Positions 1 through 8,616 of a stretch of DNA of 45,039 nucleotides are shown piece by piece (within the stretch, counting starts at the first letter, position 1; every line of letters starts with the position of its first letter). The translations under genes were made by a program, and so were the position numbers. Under the pieces are notes generated by a model that was given only the letters and a program-made list of their open reading frames with translations, was not told the origin of the DNA and searched no databases. Origin of the DNA: Candidatus Hadarchaeales archaeon (lineage in GTDB: Archaea > Hadarchaeota > Hadarchaeia > Hadarchaeales > JAWBSP01); NCBI GenBank assembly GCA_038842485.1, contig JAWBSP010000008.1:1-45039 (forward strand), given 5' to 3'.

Positions 1-74
1 AGGAAAGTGGCAACAAGCGGGACCACCGCTGAAGCCACCCTGAAGAACTCCCCCTTCCGTTTCCCGTCTCCCAT
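1..74 (-). CDS. 5' end of a probable membrane/secreted protein (runs off the window)
   Basis: ATG at 74 lies just after the HTH stop at 76. It reads MGDGKRKGEFFRVASAVVPLVATF..., basic then hydrophobic. Not in the ORF track. Confidence 0.5.
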   Translation of the reverse strand, partial: MGDGKRKGEFFRVASAVVPLVATF

Positions 75-75
75 C

Positions 76-477
76 TCACTTCCTCCCCAGAATTTCCCTC
101 AGTCCCGCAGCGAATTCCTCCGCGCTCCTTGGAACCCATTGCTGGAGGGAAGGCTTCTCGCGTGGCCTGAGCTGGAGCCGAAAATCGGCGGAGCGGTAGA
201 GCACCTTCCCCCTAGGATTGGCGGGATCCGGCAAGGAGGAAACCAGCCCCGCCTTTTCAAGAAGCTTCAGGTGATACCGCAGGTGGGCACTTCCGTAGCT
301 TTTCCCCATCACTTTGGAAACAGCGCTCACCAGCTCGATCTGTCTGATGGGTCCCTCCCCCAGAATGCTCAAAATGGCTAGTCTCAGCGGATCCGAGAGA
401 GCCTGGGCCACATCTTTTATCTCCCCTTCGGGAACATTCTGCCACTCCTCCCCTCCCACCAGAAGCTTTTTCATCAA
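76..477 (-). CDS. ArsR-like winged-helix transcriptional regulator
   Basis: ALSDPLRLAILSIL...LRYHLKLLEKAGLV followed by a wing ending RGKVLY. Confidence 0.85.
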   Translation of the reverse strand: MMKKLLVGGEEWQNVPEGEIKDVAQALSDPLRLAILSILGEGPIRQIELVSAVSKVMGKSYGSAHLRYHLKLLEKAGLVSSLPDPANPRGKVLYRSADFRLQLRPREKPSLQQWVPRSAEEFAAGLREILGRK

Positions 478-531
478 ATTTTTTTTTAATTCATCCTTAA
501 ATAGTTTTCCCTTAAAGAAAAAAAAGTTTTC
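478..531 (-). promoter_or_regulatory. Oligo-T terminator after the KaiC-like gene plus BRE/TATA-like promoter of the HTH gene
   Basis: Minus strand reads GGAAAAC-T8-CTTTAAGGGAAAACTATTTAAGG; AT-rich spacer. Confidence 0.4.
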
Positions 532-1245
532 CTATAGGAATTTGTCCATGTCAAATCTCCTGTATGGGTAAACCCTGGGCCCATGCGGAGTTATCTCGTA
601 CTCACAGAGCTCTTTGGAGTGTTCGGACCTGCGCATCTTCACCGCCCTGATGGCATACCTGAGTGCCCCCTTCCTGGGCTCCAGATACCTTAGGGTGATA
701 AACCCGTCAACGGCGTACTCGATGATCCCGTCCCTGGTCTGGGTGGGATTCATGGGGTTGGCCTCAGCCGTGTAAACCGCCGTGGCCCCGGACCGCTTGA
801 CCAAATCGCAGAGCTCGAAGATGCGCTGGCGCTTGTCGGCGTAGTCGGTGAAGAGAAGCTCAAAAATCGAGAGTGGATCCACCAGCACCCGGCTGGCCCC
901 GAAGAGCTTCAGGATTCTGGGGAATTCGTTCCTGAGGAGCTTGGTGGTTCCCCTGAGATCAGTGGGGTCCATCTTGATCACGGCCAGCTGGCGGTTCCTC
1001 AGGTAGGTTCCAAAATCCCAGCCGAACTGGGCTGCGGTCTTGATGAGGGACTCCTTATCCTCTTCCAGCGTGATGGTGACACACCTCTCCCCCCGCTTGA
1101 GCCCGTCCCATATGAAGGCTAGACCGAAGGTGGTCTTGCCCGCCCCCGGTGGACCTAAGTAGAGGATGGCGTGGCCCTTCACAATCCCCCCGTTTAGCAA
1201 CTCATCCAGACCCGGAACCCCCGTGCTCACCCTCTCTGGCTCCAT
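532..1245 (-). CDS. Single-domain KaiC/RAD55-family RecA-superfamily ATPase
   Basis: RVSTGVPGLDELLNGG, Walker A GPPGAGKTT, TLEE, VLVD, EYAVDG, VKMR. Confidence 0.9.
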   Translation of the reverse strand: MEPERVSTGVPGLDELLNGGIVKGHAILYLGPPGAGKTTFGLAFIWDGLKRGERCVTITLEEDKESLIKTAAQFGWDFGTYLRNRQLAVIKMDPTDLRGTTKLLRNEFPRILKLFGASRVLVDPLSIFELLFTDYADKRQRIFELCDLVKRSGATAVYTAEANPMNPTQTRDGIIEYAVDGFITLRYLEPRKGALRYAIRAVKMRRSEHSKELCEYEITPHGPRVYPYRRFDMDKFL

Positions 1246-1348
1246 AGAAAAGTTCCATCCACGTAATTAAGAAGTCATGCCACTGAGACGTTACCTTTGG
1301 CCCCATGCGAGAGGCACAACACCTACCATTCCGGTGGGCAAGTTTAGT

Positions 1349-2614
1349 ATGGAGTGGCTGGAGGGACTACTTCCCCGCGAATTCCTCCCCAGATTTTCCC
1401 CGGGCAGGCGGAGCCCCCTCTGCCTCACCTGCAGGGGGAGAGGGTTTTGCGGAAGGGTGAGCTGCCCGCTCCTGCTGCGCGCCCAGTCGCTCATCAGAGT
1501 GAGCAGGCTCGTGAACTCGAACCTCATCCAGGGATCCTCACCGCCTGCCGTCTTTGTGGGGAGGATTGGTTACCCCAAGGTCTGGGTCGGCCCCATGGTT
1601 CCACCGGTTAGTGGGGATACCACCATCATGGACTCCCCCGAACTGTGGCTCGAGCAGTCCTTAGAGTCCCTCATCCAACACCGCTGCCTACTGGTCAGGG
1701 GGAGGAGGAGAAGCGAGGTCACAGGGATGGACAGAAGTATCAGGGGGCTCCAGGAACTCGCCATGTCCGCCGGTCCGGTGGAGGCCGAGATGGTGCTGGA
1801 GAAGGTTCCGCGGGTTTCCCTGAGCTTGAGCGAGGATGCCCAGCCCTTCGGCCCCTCCGCCCCCCTGCGCTCCCTTAGACTCAACGTCCCGAGGGTTGAC
1901 CCCAGACTAGAAAAAGCCCATAACGACACCGATCTCCCAGCATCCGAGGCCGTCTGCTGGCTCTACCGCCGCGGGGTGCCGGTTTCCGCCATTCAGCGCT
2001 CCTTCAGTTTGGGAACCTTTGGGGTGGGAAGGAGAAGGAGGCTCGTGCCCACGAGGTGGAGCATCACGGCCGTGGATAGCCTGATTTCCGAGCATCTGGT
2101 CGAGCGAGTGAAACAACTCCCAATAGTGGAGGAATACAGGGTGTACAAGTTCAGGCACCTCGAAAACAGATTCGTTGTCGTCCTTTTCCCCCACTGTTGG
2201 TCCTTCGAGTGGGTAGAAGCATGGTACCCGGGAACGGTCTGGAACCAAAACCCCCTTCCGGAACTCATCTCCGACTGGGAGGGTTACTGGGGCAGGAAAA
2301 GCTATCCGGACATCGGGGGCTGCTACTACGCCTGCAGGCTCGCCGTTGCCGAGGCGCTGGAGCGTGAGGGACGTCAGGCTGCCGTTCTTGCCATGAGGGA
2401 AATCCATCCCGGTTTCCTGATGCCGTTGGGTGTTTGGCTGGTCCGTGAGTGTATTAGGAGGACCATGAGGCAGGAGCCAGAAAAGTTCAGCAGTCTGGAA
2501 GAGGCTCTGGACTCCGCTCTCTCCTTCTTCGAACTCCCCAAGAGGGCTTGGCTGGAGCAAAGCAGGCTCCTACAGGAACTGACCAGGCAGCTGAAGCTCT
2601 CCTCCTTTCTATGA
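1349..2614 (+). CDS. nreA: Nre-family archaeal DNA repair protein (DUF650/DUF651) with C-terminal PIP box
   Basis: CLTCRG..CG..CP, GSSPPAVFVGRIGYPKV, RRLVPTRWSITAVD, GGCYYA, PLGVW. The C-terminus RQLKLSSFL is a PIP box. Start uncertain (1277 or 1349). Confidence 0.9.
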   Translation: MEWLEGLLPREFLPRFSPGRRSPLCLTCRGRGFCGRVSCPLLLRAQSLIRVSRLVNSNLIQGSSPPAVFVGRIGYPKVWVGPMVPPVSGDTTIMDSPELWLEQSLESLIQHRCLLVRGRRRSEVTGMDRSIRGLQELAMSAGPVEAEMVLEKVPRVSLSLSEDAQPFGPSAPLRSLRLNVPRVDPRLEKAHNDTDLPASEAVCWLYRRGVPVSAIQRSFSLGTFGVGRRRRLVPTRWSITAVDSLISEHLVERVKQLPIVEEYRVYKFRHLENRFVVVLFPHCWSFEWVEAWYPGTVWNQNPLPELISDWEGYWGRKSYPDIGGCYYACRLAVAEALEREGRQAAVLAMREIHPGFLMPLGVWLVRECIRRTMRQEPEKFSSLEEALDSALSFFELPKRAWLEQSRLLQELTRQLKLSSFL

Positions 2615-3390
2615 CGACCGCCCTAAGCAGGAGCACGCTGCCAGGGCTCACCTACTCCCTGAACCCTTATCTCGGCTGCGGCCACGGCTGCCGGTACTGT
2701 TACTGTGCCGACACCCTGAGGCGCAGGGACCTCCACGAGAGATGGGGGGAGGTGGTAATCCCCAAGAGAGACATCGTAGAGGCCCTGAGAAAGGAGGTGA
2801 GAGAGAAACCGAGAGGAACGGTGGGGGTGAGCACCGTCACCGATCCTTACCAGCCCCTTGAGAAAGAACTCGAACTCACCAGACGGTCCCTCGAGATCCT
2901 GCTGGAGGCGGGATTCCCGGTGTCCATCCAGACCAAATCGGATCTGGCTCTCAGAGATCTGGATTTAGTCGGGAAGGGCAAGCTGGATCTCGGGGTAACT
3001 ATCATCACGACGAACTCTCAGGTCAGCGGGATGCTGGAACCCAAGGCCCCCCCGCCTGACGCGCGCGTGCAGGTCTTGGAGGAGTTCTCGGCAAGGGGAG
3101 TGGAAACCTGGCTTTTCCTAGGACCAGTCATTCCCCTAATAAACGACAGCCCAGAGAGCCTGAGGGGGGTGCTGGAGGTGGCCAAGCGAACCGGCAGTCT
3201 TGTGATCTTTGACTGGTTCCGCCCCAAACCCCTGGCGGTTCAGCGCCTGCTCTCAACACTGAGGTTGGCGGGATATGAAACAGAAAAAATAGAAAAAAGT
3301 TTTCGGAATCCAGAGTGGAGGAACTCAACCCTTTCGCGGGCCAGGTCCCTCTCCTCCCAGCTGGGTGTCAGGCTTCAGTGCGCCTTCTAA
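2611..3390 (+). CDS. SPL (spore photoproduct lyase)-like radical SAM protein
   Basis: LNPYLGCGHGCRYCY (CxxxCxxC), TDPYQPLE, IQTKS. ATGA overlap with the nre stop. Confidence 0.85.
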   Translation: MTTALSRSTLPGLTYSLNPYLGCGHGCRYCYCADTLRRRDLHERWGEVVIPKRDIVEALRKEVREKPRGTVGVSTVTDPYQPLEKELELTRRSLEILLEAGFPVSIQTKSDLALRDLDLVGKGKLDLGVTIITTNSQVSGMLEPKAPPPDARVQVLEEFSARGVETWLFLGPVIPLINDSPESLRGVLEVAKRTGSLVIFDWFRPKPLAVQRLLSTLRLAGYETEKIEKSFRNPEWRNSTLSRARSLSSQLGVRLQCAF

Positions 3391-3539
3391 AATCTCCTTC
3401 CCCTGCGCTTCTCCCAGCACGACCTGCAGTAAACAGGTCTTCCGGGGGTTGGCTTAAAGGGAACCTCGCACTCGGCACCACAGTCGGCGCAAGTGGCCTT
3501 GAACATCTGCACCAGCCTTCCCCCGACTTTTCCTGCCAT
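3387..3539 (-). CDS. Small CxxC-x17-CxxC zinc-finger protein (50 aa)
   Basis: Manually translated: MAGKVGGRLVQMFKATCADCGAECEVPFKPTPGRPVYCRSCWEKRRGRRF, with a GGAGG SD upstream. Too short for the ORF track. Confidence 0.85.
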   Translation of the reverse strand: MAGKVGGRLVQMFKATCADCGAECEVPFKPTPGRPVYCRSCWEKRRGRRF

Positions 3540-3684
3540 TCTTTACCTCCCGCACAACAGACAGCAAAAGCTGCCCCCCGGCGTTCCCGGGAAGTTGTGC
3601 TTGAAATAATCGGCGAGCCCTTATAAATGCCCTGCAACGAGACGCTAGCGATTGTCCAGGGCGAATTGAGCATAAGACAAAATA

Positions 3685-4668
3685 GTGATGATAGCCTACG
3701 ACCTAGAGGAGAGCAGGGTCAGGGAGTTCATAAAAAACGCCGGGGCAAAAAGAGTTGGAGTCCAGCTGCCTGCTGGGCTGAAAGCCTACTGGCGAGAAAT
3801 AAGAGGAACAGTTGAGGAGTGCGGAGCCGAGGCCGTCCTGGTGGGGTCCAGCTGCTATGGAGCCTGCGATCTAGCGGACGACCTCGCCATCGCTGCGGGA
3901 TGTGAGGCACTCCTCCATTACGGACACTCAAGCATGGGTCTCCCCTCCCGGCTCCCGGTCCTCTACGTGGAAGCACGGGTGCTCCTCGATCCCTCGCCCG
4001 CCGTGGAGGAGGCTCTCCCCAGCCTTAAGTTCAGAAAAGTTGGGCTGACGACCACTGTCCAGCACATCGGTTGGCTCCAGAAAATCAGGGAACTTCTGCT
4101 CTCCCGCGGGTACGAACCTTATGTAGGAAGACCGGAAAGGGCCAGATATGCGGGACAGGTCCTAGGTTGCGACGTGGAAAGTGCCACCTCCATCAGCGAT
4201 CAGGTTGAGGGTTTCCTGCATGTGGGGACGGGGGAGTTTCACCCCCTCGCCGTGGCCGCGGTCACCCAGAAGGAGGTGCTAGCCGTCAGCCCCTTTGGCG
4301 GGAGCAGGACGATTTCCTGCGAGGAATTCCTGAGGTGGAGGAGAGGGGTAATTGCCAAGAGCCTCTCCTGTCAAGAGTTCGGCATCCTCCTCAGCACGAA
4401 GAGCGGACAGTGGAGGCCGGAAGTTGCCAAGAGAGTGGGGGAGAAACTGAGGGGAAGCGGGAGAAAGGTCTGCCTGATAATCCAGGACGAGATAAGGGTG
4501 GAGGAACTCGAGGACTATGGGTTTGAAGCATACGTGTGTACCGCATGTCCCCGACTCGCCCTGGACGATGCCCGAAGGGTGCGCTTCCCCATCCTCACCC
4601 CCTCTGAAGTAGATGCCATGCTTGGGGCGGGGCTGAAACCGGACTCGCTAATAAATTTGGAGGGTTAG
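3685..4668 (+). CDS. dph2: Diphthamide biosynthesis enzyme Dph2
   Basis: VQLPAGL, CYGACD, LHYGHS, GQVLGCD, TACPRL (three Fe-S cysteines present). Confidence 0.92.
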   Translation: MMIAYDLEESRVREFIKNAGAKRVGVQLPAGLKAYWREIRGTVEECGAEAVLVGSSCYGACDLADDLAIAAGCEALLHYGHSSMGLPSRLPVLYVEARVLLDPSPAVEEALPSLKFRKVGLTTTVQHIGWLQKIRELLLSRGYEPYVGRPERARYAGQVLGCDVESATSISDQVEGFLHVGTGEFHPLAVAAVTQKEVLAVSPFGGSRTISCEEFLRWRRGVIAKSLSCQEFGILLSTKSGQWRPEVAKRVGEKLRGSGRKVCLIIQDEIRVEELEDYGFEAYVCTACPRLALDDARRVRFPILTPSEVDAMLGAGLKPDSLINLEG

Positions 4669-4674
4669 TTCCAC

Positions 4675-5241
4675 ATGGAGGAAATCAGGACAGGGACCTT
4701 CGTGGTTCCCGGCACCTTCCTAGCGACGGTGGAGGAGTTCATGTGCGGGGAAGGAACCTACAAAGAGGGGGGCAAAATCTACTCCTCACGTGCCGGAATC
4801 GTGCTGGTGGACGTGAAGGGCAAACGCATCTCGGTGGCTTCCAAGGGAGGACCGCCGGAACTCAAAAGAGGGGATGTGGTCATCGGGGTGGTGGAAGAGA
4901 CGAAAAAACAGGCTGCCATGGTTTCGGTCAAGCTCCTTGCCGGATCCGAGAAGAGCCTCCCCTACCCCACGGAGGGAATAATCCGCACCCCCAGCACTAG
5001 GAGGGGTTTCTCCTCTAGGATGGAGGGAGGGGTGAGGGAAGGGGATGTGGTGAGGGCCAAGGTGCTGGAGGTGAGAAATGGACTCATTCACCTGAGCCTA
5101 GGAGATCCCGATCTGGGGGTCATCCTGGCCTACTGCTCCAAATGCCGAGGAATCCTGCAAAGGGTGAAAAACCGGTTGTACTGCCGGGGGTGCGGAAACA
5201 TGGAAACAAGAAAGATTTCAAGCAGCTACGGTGGTGGTTGA
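4675..5241 (+). CDS. csl4: Exosome RNA-binding subunit Csl4
   Basis: FVVPG..L...EEF..GEGTY, S1 domain, DLGVILAYCSKC...CRGCG..ETRKIS; directly upstream of rpoL. Confidence 0.92.
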   Translation: MEEIRTGTFVVPGTFLATVEEFMCGEGTYKEGGKIYSSRAGIVLVDVKGKRISVASKGGPPELKRGDVVIGVVEETKKQAAMVSVKLLAGSEKSLPYPTEGIIRTPSTRRGFSSRMEGGVREGDVVRAKVLEVRNGLIHLSLGDPDLGVILAYCSKCRGILQRVKNRLYCRGCGNMETRKISSSYGGG

Positions 5242-5516
5242 TGGAGCTGGAAGTGGTGAAACGAGGGGAGAGAGAGCTACTGGTGAGGGTGCCCGGGGAG
5301 GACGCCACGCTTTGCAACCTCCTGGTCAAGAACCTCCACTCCCTGCCAGAAGTGGAGTTTGCCGCCTACAGAAAGGAGCACCCGCTTCTTACTCCTTATG
5401 AGATCGCCGTGAGGGTGAGGGGAAGGAAGCCTGAGGAAGCTCTCCTCAAGGCGGCTCAAAAAGTAGTCGATACATGCAGGGAACTGCTAGGGGACCTCAA
5501 AGGTTCTGGAAAATAA
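5241..5516 (+). CDS. rpoL: RNA polymerase subunit L (Rpo11)
   Basis: GEDATLCNLL...VEFAAYRKEHPL. The ATG at 5241 overlaps the csl4 stop. Confidence 0.92.
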   Translation: MELEVVKRGERELLVRVPGEDATLCNLLVKNLHSLPEVEFAAYRKEHPLLTPYEIAVRVRGRKPEEALLKAAQKVVDTCRELLGDLKGSGK

Positions 5517-6085
5517 AACCCGAGCTGAGAATTCTGGGGCTGGACGACGGCTCCTTCGAACGTGACAGCCGTACGGTCCCGCTGGTAGGTGTTGTCTTCA
5601 GGGGAGGAATCATGCTGGAGGGGGTGATGACCAGATGGATAGAGAGGGACGGAAGGGACTCCACCGACAAAATCATTGAGATGGTTCGCTCCAGCAGACA
5701 TGCCGGACAGTTGAGGGTGATCATGAGTGAAAGCATCACCTTCGGCGGCTTCAACCTGATGGACATCCAGAGAGTCTGGCAGGAGACGGGTCTTCCCGTG
5801 ATTGCCGTCACCAGGGAGAAGCCCAACCCAGAGAAGGTCAGGAAGGCGCTGAAAAAATTCCCAGACTTCCGGGAGAGATGGGAACTGGTGAAAAGGGCTG
5901 GCAAGGTGCACCCGGTGGAGGTGAGGGGGGGCAGGCTCTACCTCCAGCTTTCCGGGGTAAGAGTGGAGGACGCCAGAGAAATCCTGAGGCTCACCGAAAC
6001 ACACGGCCTCCTGCCAGAACCCGTCAGGGTGGCGCACCTGATTGCCACTGGAATCTCAAGAGGAAACAGCGCAATGGTGCGCTGA
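5474..6085 (+). CDS. DUF99 / endonuclease V-like protein
   Basis: RILGLDDG, DGRDSTD, ITFGGFN, PEPVRVAHLIA; usual neighbour of rpoL. Start uncertain. Confidence 0.85.
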   Translation: MQGTARGPQRFWKIKPELRILGLDDGSFERDSRTVPLVGVVFRGGIMLEGVMTRWIERDGRDSTDKIIEMVRSSRHAGQLRVIMSESITFGGFNLMDIQRVWQETGLPVIAVTREKPNPEKVRKALKKFPDFRERWELVKRAGKVHPVEVRGGRLYLQLSGVRVEDAREILRLTETHGLLPEPVRVAHLIATGISRGNSAMVR

Positions 6086-6090
6086 CCAAA

Positions 6091-6672
6091 ATGAGGGAAT
6101 TAAAAAAACTTGGGCGAAAACTTGAAGGCTCCTGTAAATCTGCTGGTAGGTGGATTGTAAAAAACGATGTGCTCCACGAGTTACTCTCCTTCCTTTTGGT
6201 GCTGGGCGCTGTCTATCTGGGCGTAATGGGTGGACTGATGGTGATCCTCACCACCGGAACCCCCCTCCGGAGCGTGGTCTCCGACTCCATGAAACACTAC
6301 GACAACTACACCTGGAGACGCGCATATGAGCAGATAGAGTTTCGGAGGTATGCGTACGAAAACGGAAGCATCCCCACTGAGAACTTCCCTCTTCAGGGGG
6401 GGTTCGAGAGGGGGGATCTACTTGTGATCAGGGGAGTGGACCCTAAAGAGATCAAGATTGGGGATGTAATCGTGTACGAGGATCAAGCGGGTAGGCTGAT
6501 AGTTCACAGAGTTTGGGATAAAAGGGGCGCGGGGGAGAACCTGACCTTCGTTACCAAAGGAGATGCAAATCCTGGCACGGATCCCCCAATACGGGCCGAG
6601 CGGGTGATGGGAAAGGTGGTGGCGAGCATACCGAAGCTCGGTTGGTTTTCCATTTGGTGGAGAACAGGATGA
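6091..6672 (+). CDS. sec11: Signal peptidase I (Sec11 type)
   Basis: TM helix, VVSDSM (Ser), GDLL, IVHRV (His), TKGDAN, V.GKV...IPKLG. Confidence 0.88.
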   Translation: MRELKKLGRKLEGSCKSAGRWIVKNDVLHELLSFLLVLGAVYLGVMGGLMVILTTGTPLRSVVSDSMKHYDNYTWRRAYEQIEFRRYAYENGSIPTENFPLQGGFERGDLLVIRGVDPKEIKIGDVIVYEDQAGRLIVHRVWDKRGAGENLTFVTKGDANPGTDPPIRAERVMGKVVASIPKLGWFSIWWRTG

Positions 6673-7061
6673 AACGTCCGGCCCTCACCGTCGACGTCAT
6701 CGTTAGAGACGAAAAGAGAGGGGTGCTTCTAATCAGGAGGAAGAACGAACCTTTCAAGGGGAAGTGGGCTCTTGTAGGGGGCTTTGTTGAATATGGGGAG
6801 AGAGTGGAGGAAGCCGCGAAGCGCGAATGTAGGGAAGAAACGGGACTGGAGGTGAGGCTGGAGAGGTTGGTGGGGGTGTACTCCGATCCAGGAAGGGATC
6901 CTAGGGGGCACGTGGTGAGCATATGCTTCATGGCTAGACCGACTGGGGGAAAACCAAAAGGGGGAAGCGATGCGGAGGAGGTCAAATTCTTCAGGCGCAT
7001 CCCCTGGGATGAGCTCGCCTTCGACCACGCAAGGATACTAAAGGACGCGGGAATTGAGTAA
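6669..7061 (+). CDS. Nudix hydrolase (ADP-ribose pyrophosphatase-like)
   Basis: Nudix box GGFVEYGERVEEAAKRECREETGL, RDPRGH, LAFDH. Confidence 0.9.
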   Translation: MKRPALTVDVIVRDEKRGVLLIRRKNEPFKGKWALVGGFVEYGERVEEAAKRECREETGLEVRLERLVGVYSDPGRDPRGHVVSICFMARPTGGKPKGGSDAEEVKFFRRIPWDELAFDHARILKDAGIE

Positions 7062-7375
7062 TGGAATTCTGCCCTAAGTGCGGCAGCCTGATGCTTCCAA
7101 AGGGCAACTCTCTTCTTTGCGAGAAGTGCGGGCATGTGGAGGAGCTGAGGAAACCGGAAGAGTACACTCTGGTAAAGAAGGTGGAAGAGAAGGTGGAGGA
7201 TGTGAACGTGGTGGAGGAGGAAAAAATGGCACTGCCAACGGTGAAAACCACCTGTCCAAGCTGCGGGAACCACACGGCCTATTGGTGGATTCTCCAAACG
7301 CGCAGGGCCGATGAGCCGCCCACTCGCTTCTACCGGTGCACCAAGTGTGGGAAGACCTGGAGGGAGTATGCATAG
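7061..7375 (+). CDS. tfs: Transcription factor S (TFS)
   Basis: FCPKCG...CPSCG..AYWWILQTRRADEPPTRFYRCTKCG..WRE, with the acidic DE dyad intact. Confidence 0.95.
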   Translation: MEFCPKCGSLMLPKGNSLLCEKCGHVEELRKPEEYTLVKKVEEKVEDVNVVEEEKMALPTVKTTCPSCGNHTAYWWILQTRRADEPPTRFYRCTKCGKTWREYA

Positions 7376-7715
7376 GAGGGAGAGGAGACCGGCGGTGGAG
7401 AAGAGGATACGAGATCTCGGCCTAGAGGACACCTGGGTCAGGGTGGTCGGGACCGTCACCAAGAAGGGCGAGGCAGATTTTCTGCTACAGGATGGGGAGG
7501 GAGACACTATAACGGTTTTTGTCGATGAACCCGAACTCCTCTCAGAGGTGCGGGAGGGATCGAAGGTGAGGGTGTTTGGGACCCATCTCCGCGATGGGGA
7601 GCGGAGGGAGATAAGAGCGGAAATCGTTCAGAACCTCAAAGGGCTGGACCTAAAACTTTATCGGGAAGCAATTGAAGAGATGGAAAAACTCAGAAAGGCG
7701 GCTGGGCTCACATGA
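7368..7715 (+). CDS. Single OB-fold protein, probable RPA small subunit (Rpa3/RPA14-like)
   Basis: RRPAVEKRIRDL...RVVGTV...LQDGEG...VRVFG...IRAEIVQ..DL plus a C-terminal helix; resembles my recollection of Thermococcales RPA14. Confidence 0.7.
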   Translation: MHRRERRPAVEKRIRDLGLEDTWVRVVGTVTKKGEADFLLQDGEGDTITVFVDEPELLSEVREGSKVRVFGTHLRDGERREIRAEIVQNLKGLDLKLYREAIEEMEKLRKAAGLT

Positions 7716-8479
7716 TTTCGGCAAAGATGTCAACCTGCAGGGTTTGGAAAAGCTGCGTTTCGGCCATTGCCTCCCTCATCGAGGAAGCCGCCTTCAGGTT
7801 CACGCCTGAGGGGGTGAAACTTAGAGCCATGGACCCCTCCCATGTGTCGCTCGTAGAACTTGAACTGCCCGCCAAGATGTTCCAAGAGTACAGGGTGAAG
7901 GAGGAGAAAGTTATCGGACTGAGCGTGAGCAGGCTTGACGAGTTTCTCTCGAGAGCGAAGGGAGAAGAGGAGATCACCCTAGAGCTGGACGAGCAACAGA
8001 ACAAACTCCTACTCACCCTTAGAGGAGTCTCCACCAGAAAGTTTGGCCTTCCCCTCATGGAGGTAGAGAGGACGGAAGTCCCGGACACAGGAAAACTGGA
8101 GCTCCCCGCCACTGCGGATGTCTCGGCGGGAGCACTTATAGAAGGGTTAAAGGATGCCCAGCTTGTGGGGGACAGCGTCAGAATCCAGTTAGGCCCGGAG
8201 GGGCTGACCCTTTCCACAGAAAGTGAGAAGGGTAGCACGGAGGTAAGCATGCGGAAGGGAGATCCATCCATCCAGCTGGTGGGGAGCCCGCCCTCGGTGA
8301 AGGCGAGCTTCGCCATCGAGTACCTCCTCAACATGCTGAAGGCGTCGGATCCACAAGAGTGGGTGAGAATAAAAATGGGGCAAGACATGCCCATCAGACT
8401 GGAGCTCTCCATCGGGGAGAAAAAGGGAGAAAGGGGATCCTTAACCTTCATTCTCGCACCGAGGCTGGAGACCGAGTAG
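7712..8479 (+). CDS. pcn: PCNA sliding clamp
   Basis: LRAMDPSHVSLV, F.EY, GQDMPI, FILAPR. Confidence 0.95.
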   Translation: MISAKMSTCRVWKSCVSAIASLIEEAAFRFTPEGVKLRAMDPSHVSLVELELPAKMFQEYRVKEEKVIGLSVSRLDEFLSRAKGEEEITLELDEQQNKLLLTLRGVSTRKFGLPLMEVERTEVPDTGKLELPATADVSAGALIEGLKDAQLVGDSVRIQLGPEGLTLSTESEKGSTEVSMRKGDPSIQLVGSPPSVKASFAIEYLLNMLKASDPQEWVRIKMGQDMPIRLELSIGEKKGERGSLTFILAPRLETE

Positions 8480-8616
8480 CAGCACATTTTACGCGCCCAA
8501 CATGTCCGGCAGGTAGAGTCTGGTGTCCCCAAAACATGCGCGCCCAAAAGTCGAACTTTTCCCCTCAACACGTCCCTCCGGGGGGAGAAAACAATAGTTT
8601 GCCGGCTCAGGATAGG

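Noticed and set aside
532-1245. Circadian clock KaiC
   Set aside because: Single domain, no kaiA/kaiB, and no evident phospho-site pair; this is a common archaeal family.
6551-8571. 318-aa and 287-aa minus-strand ORFs
   Set aside because: Antisense to Nudix/tfs/rpa3/pcn, Ser-rich and motif-free.
8359-8616. 86-aa N-terminal extension of GatE in the ORF track
   Set aside because: It overlaps pcn, and the family N-terminus (MDYRELGL) starts at 8617.
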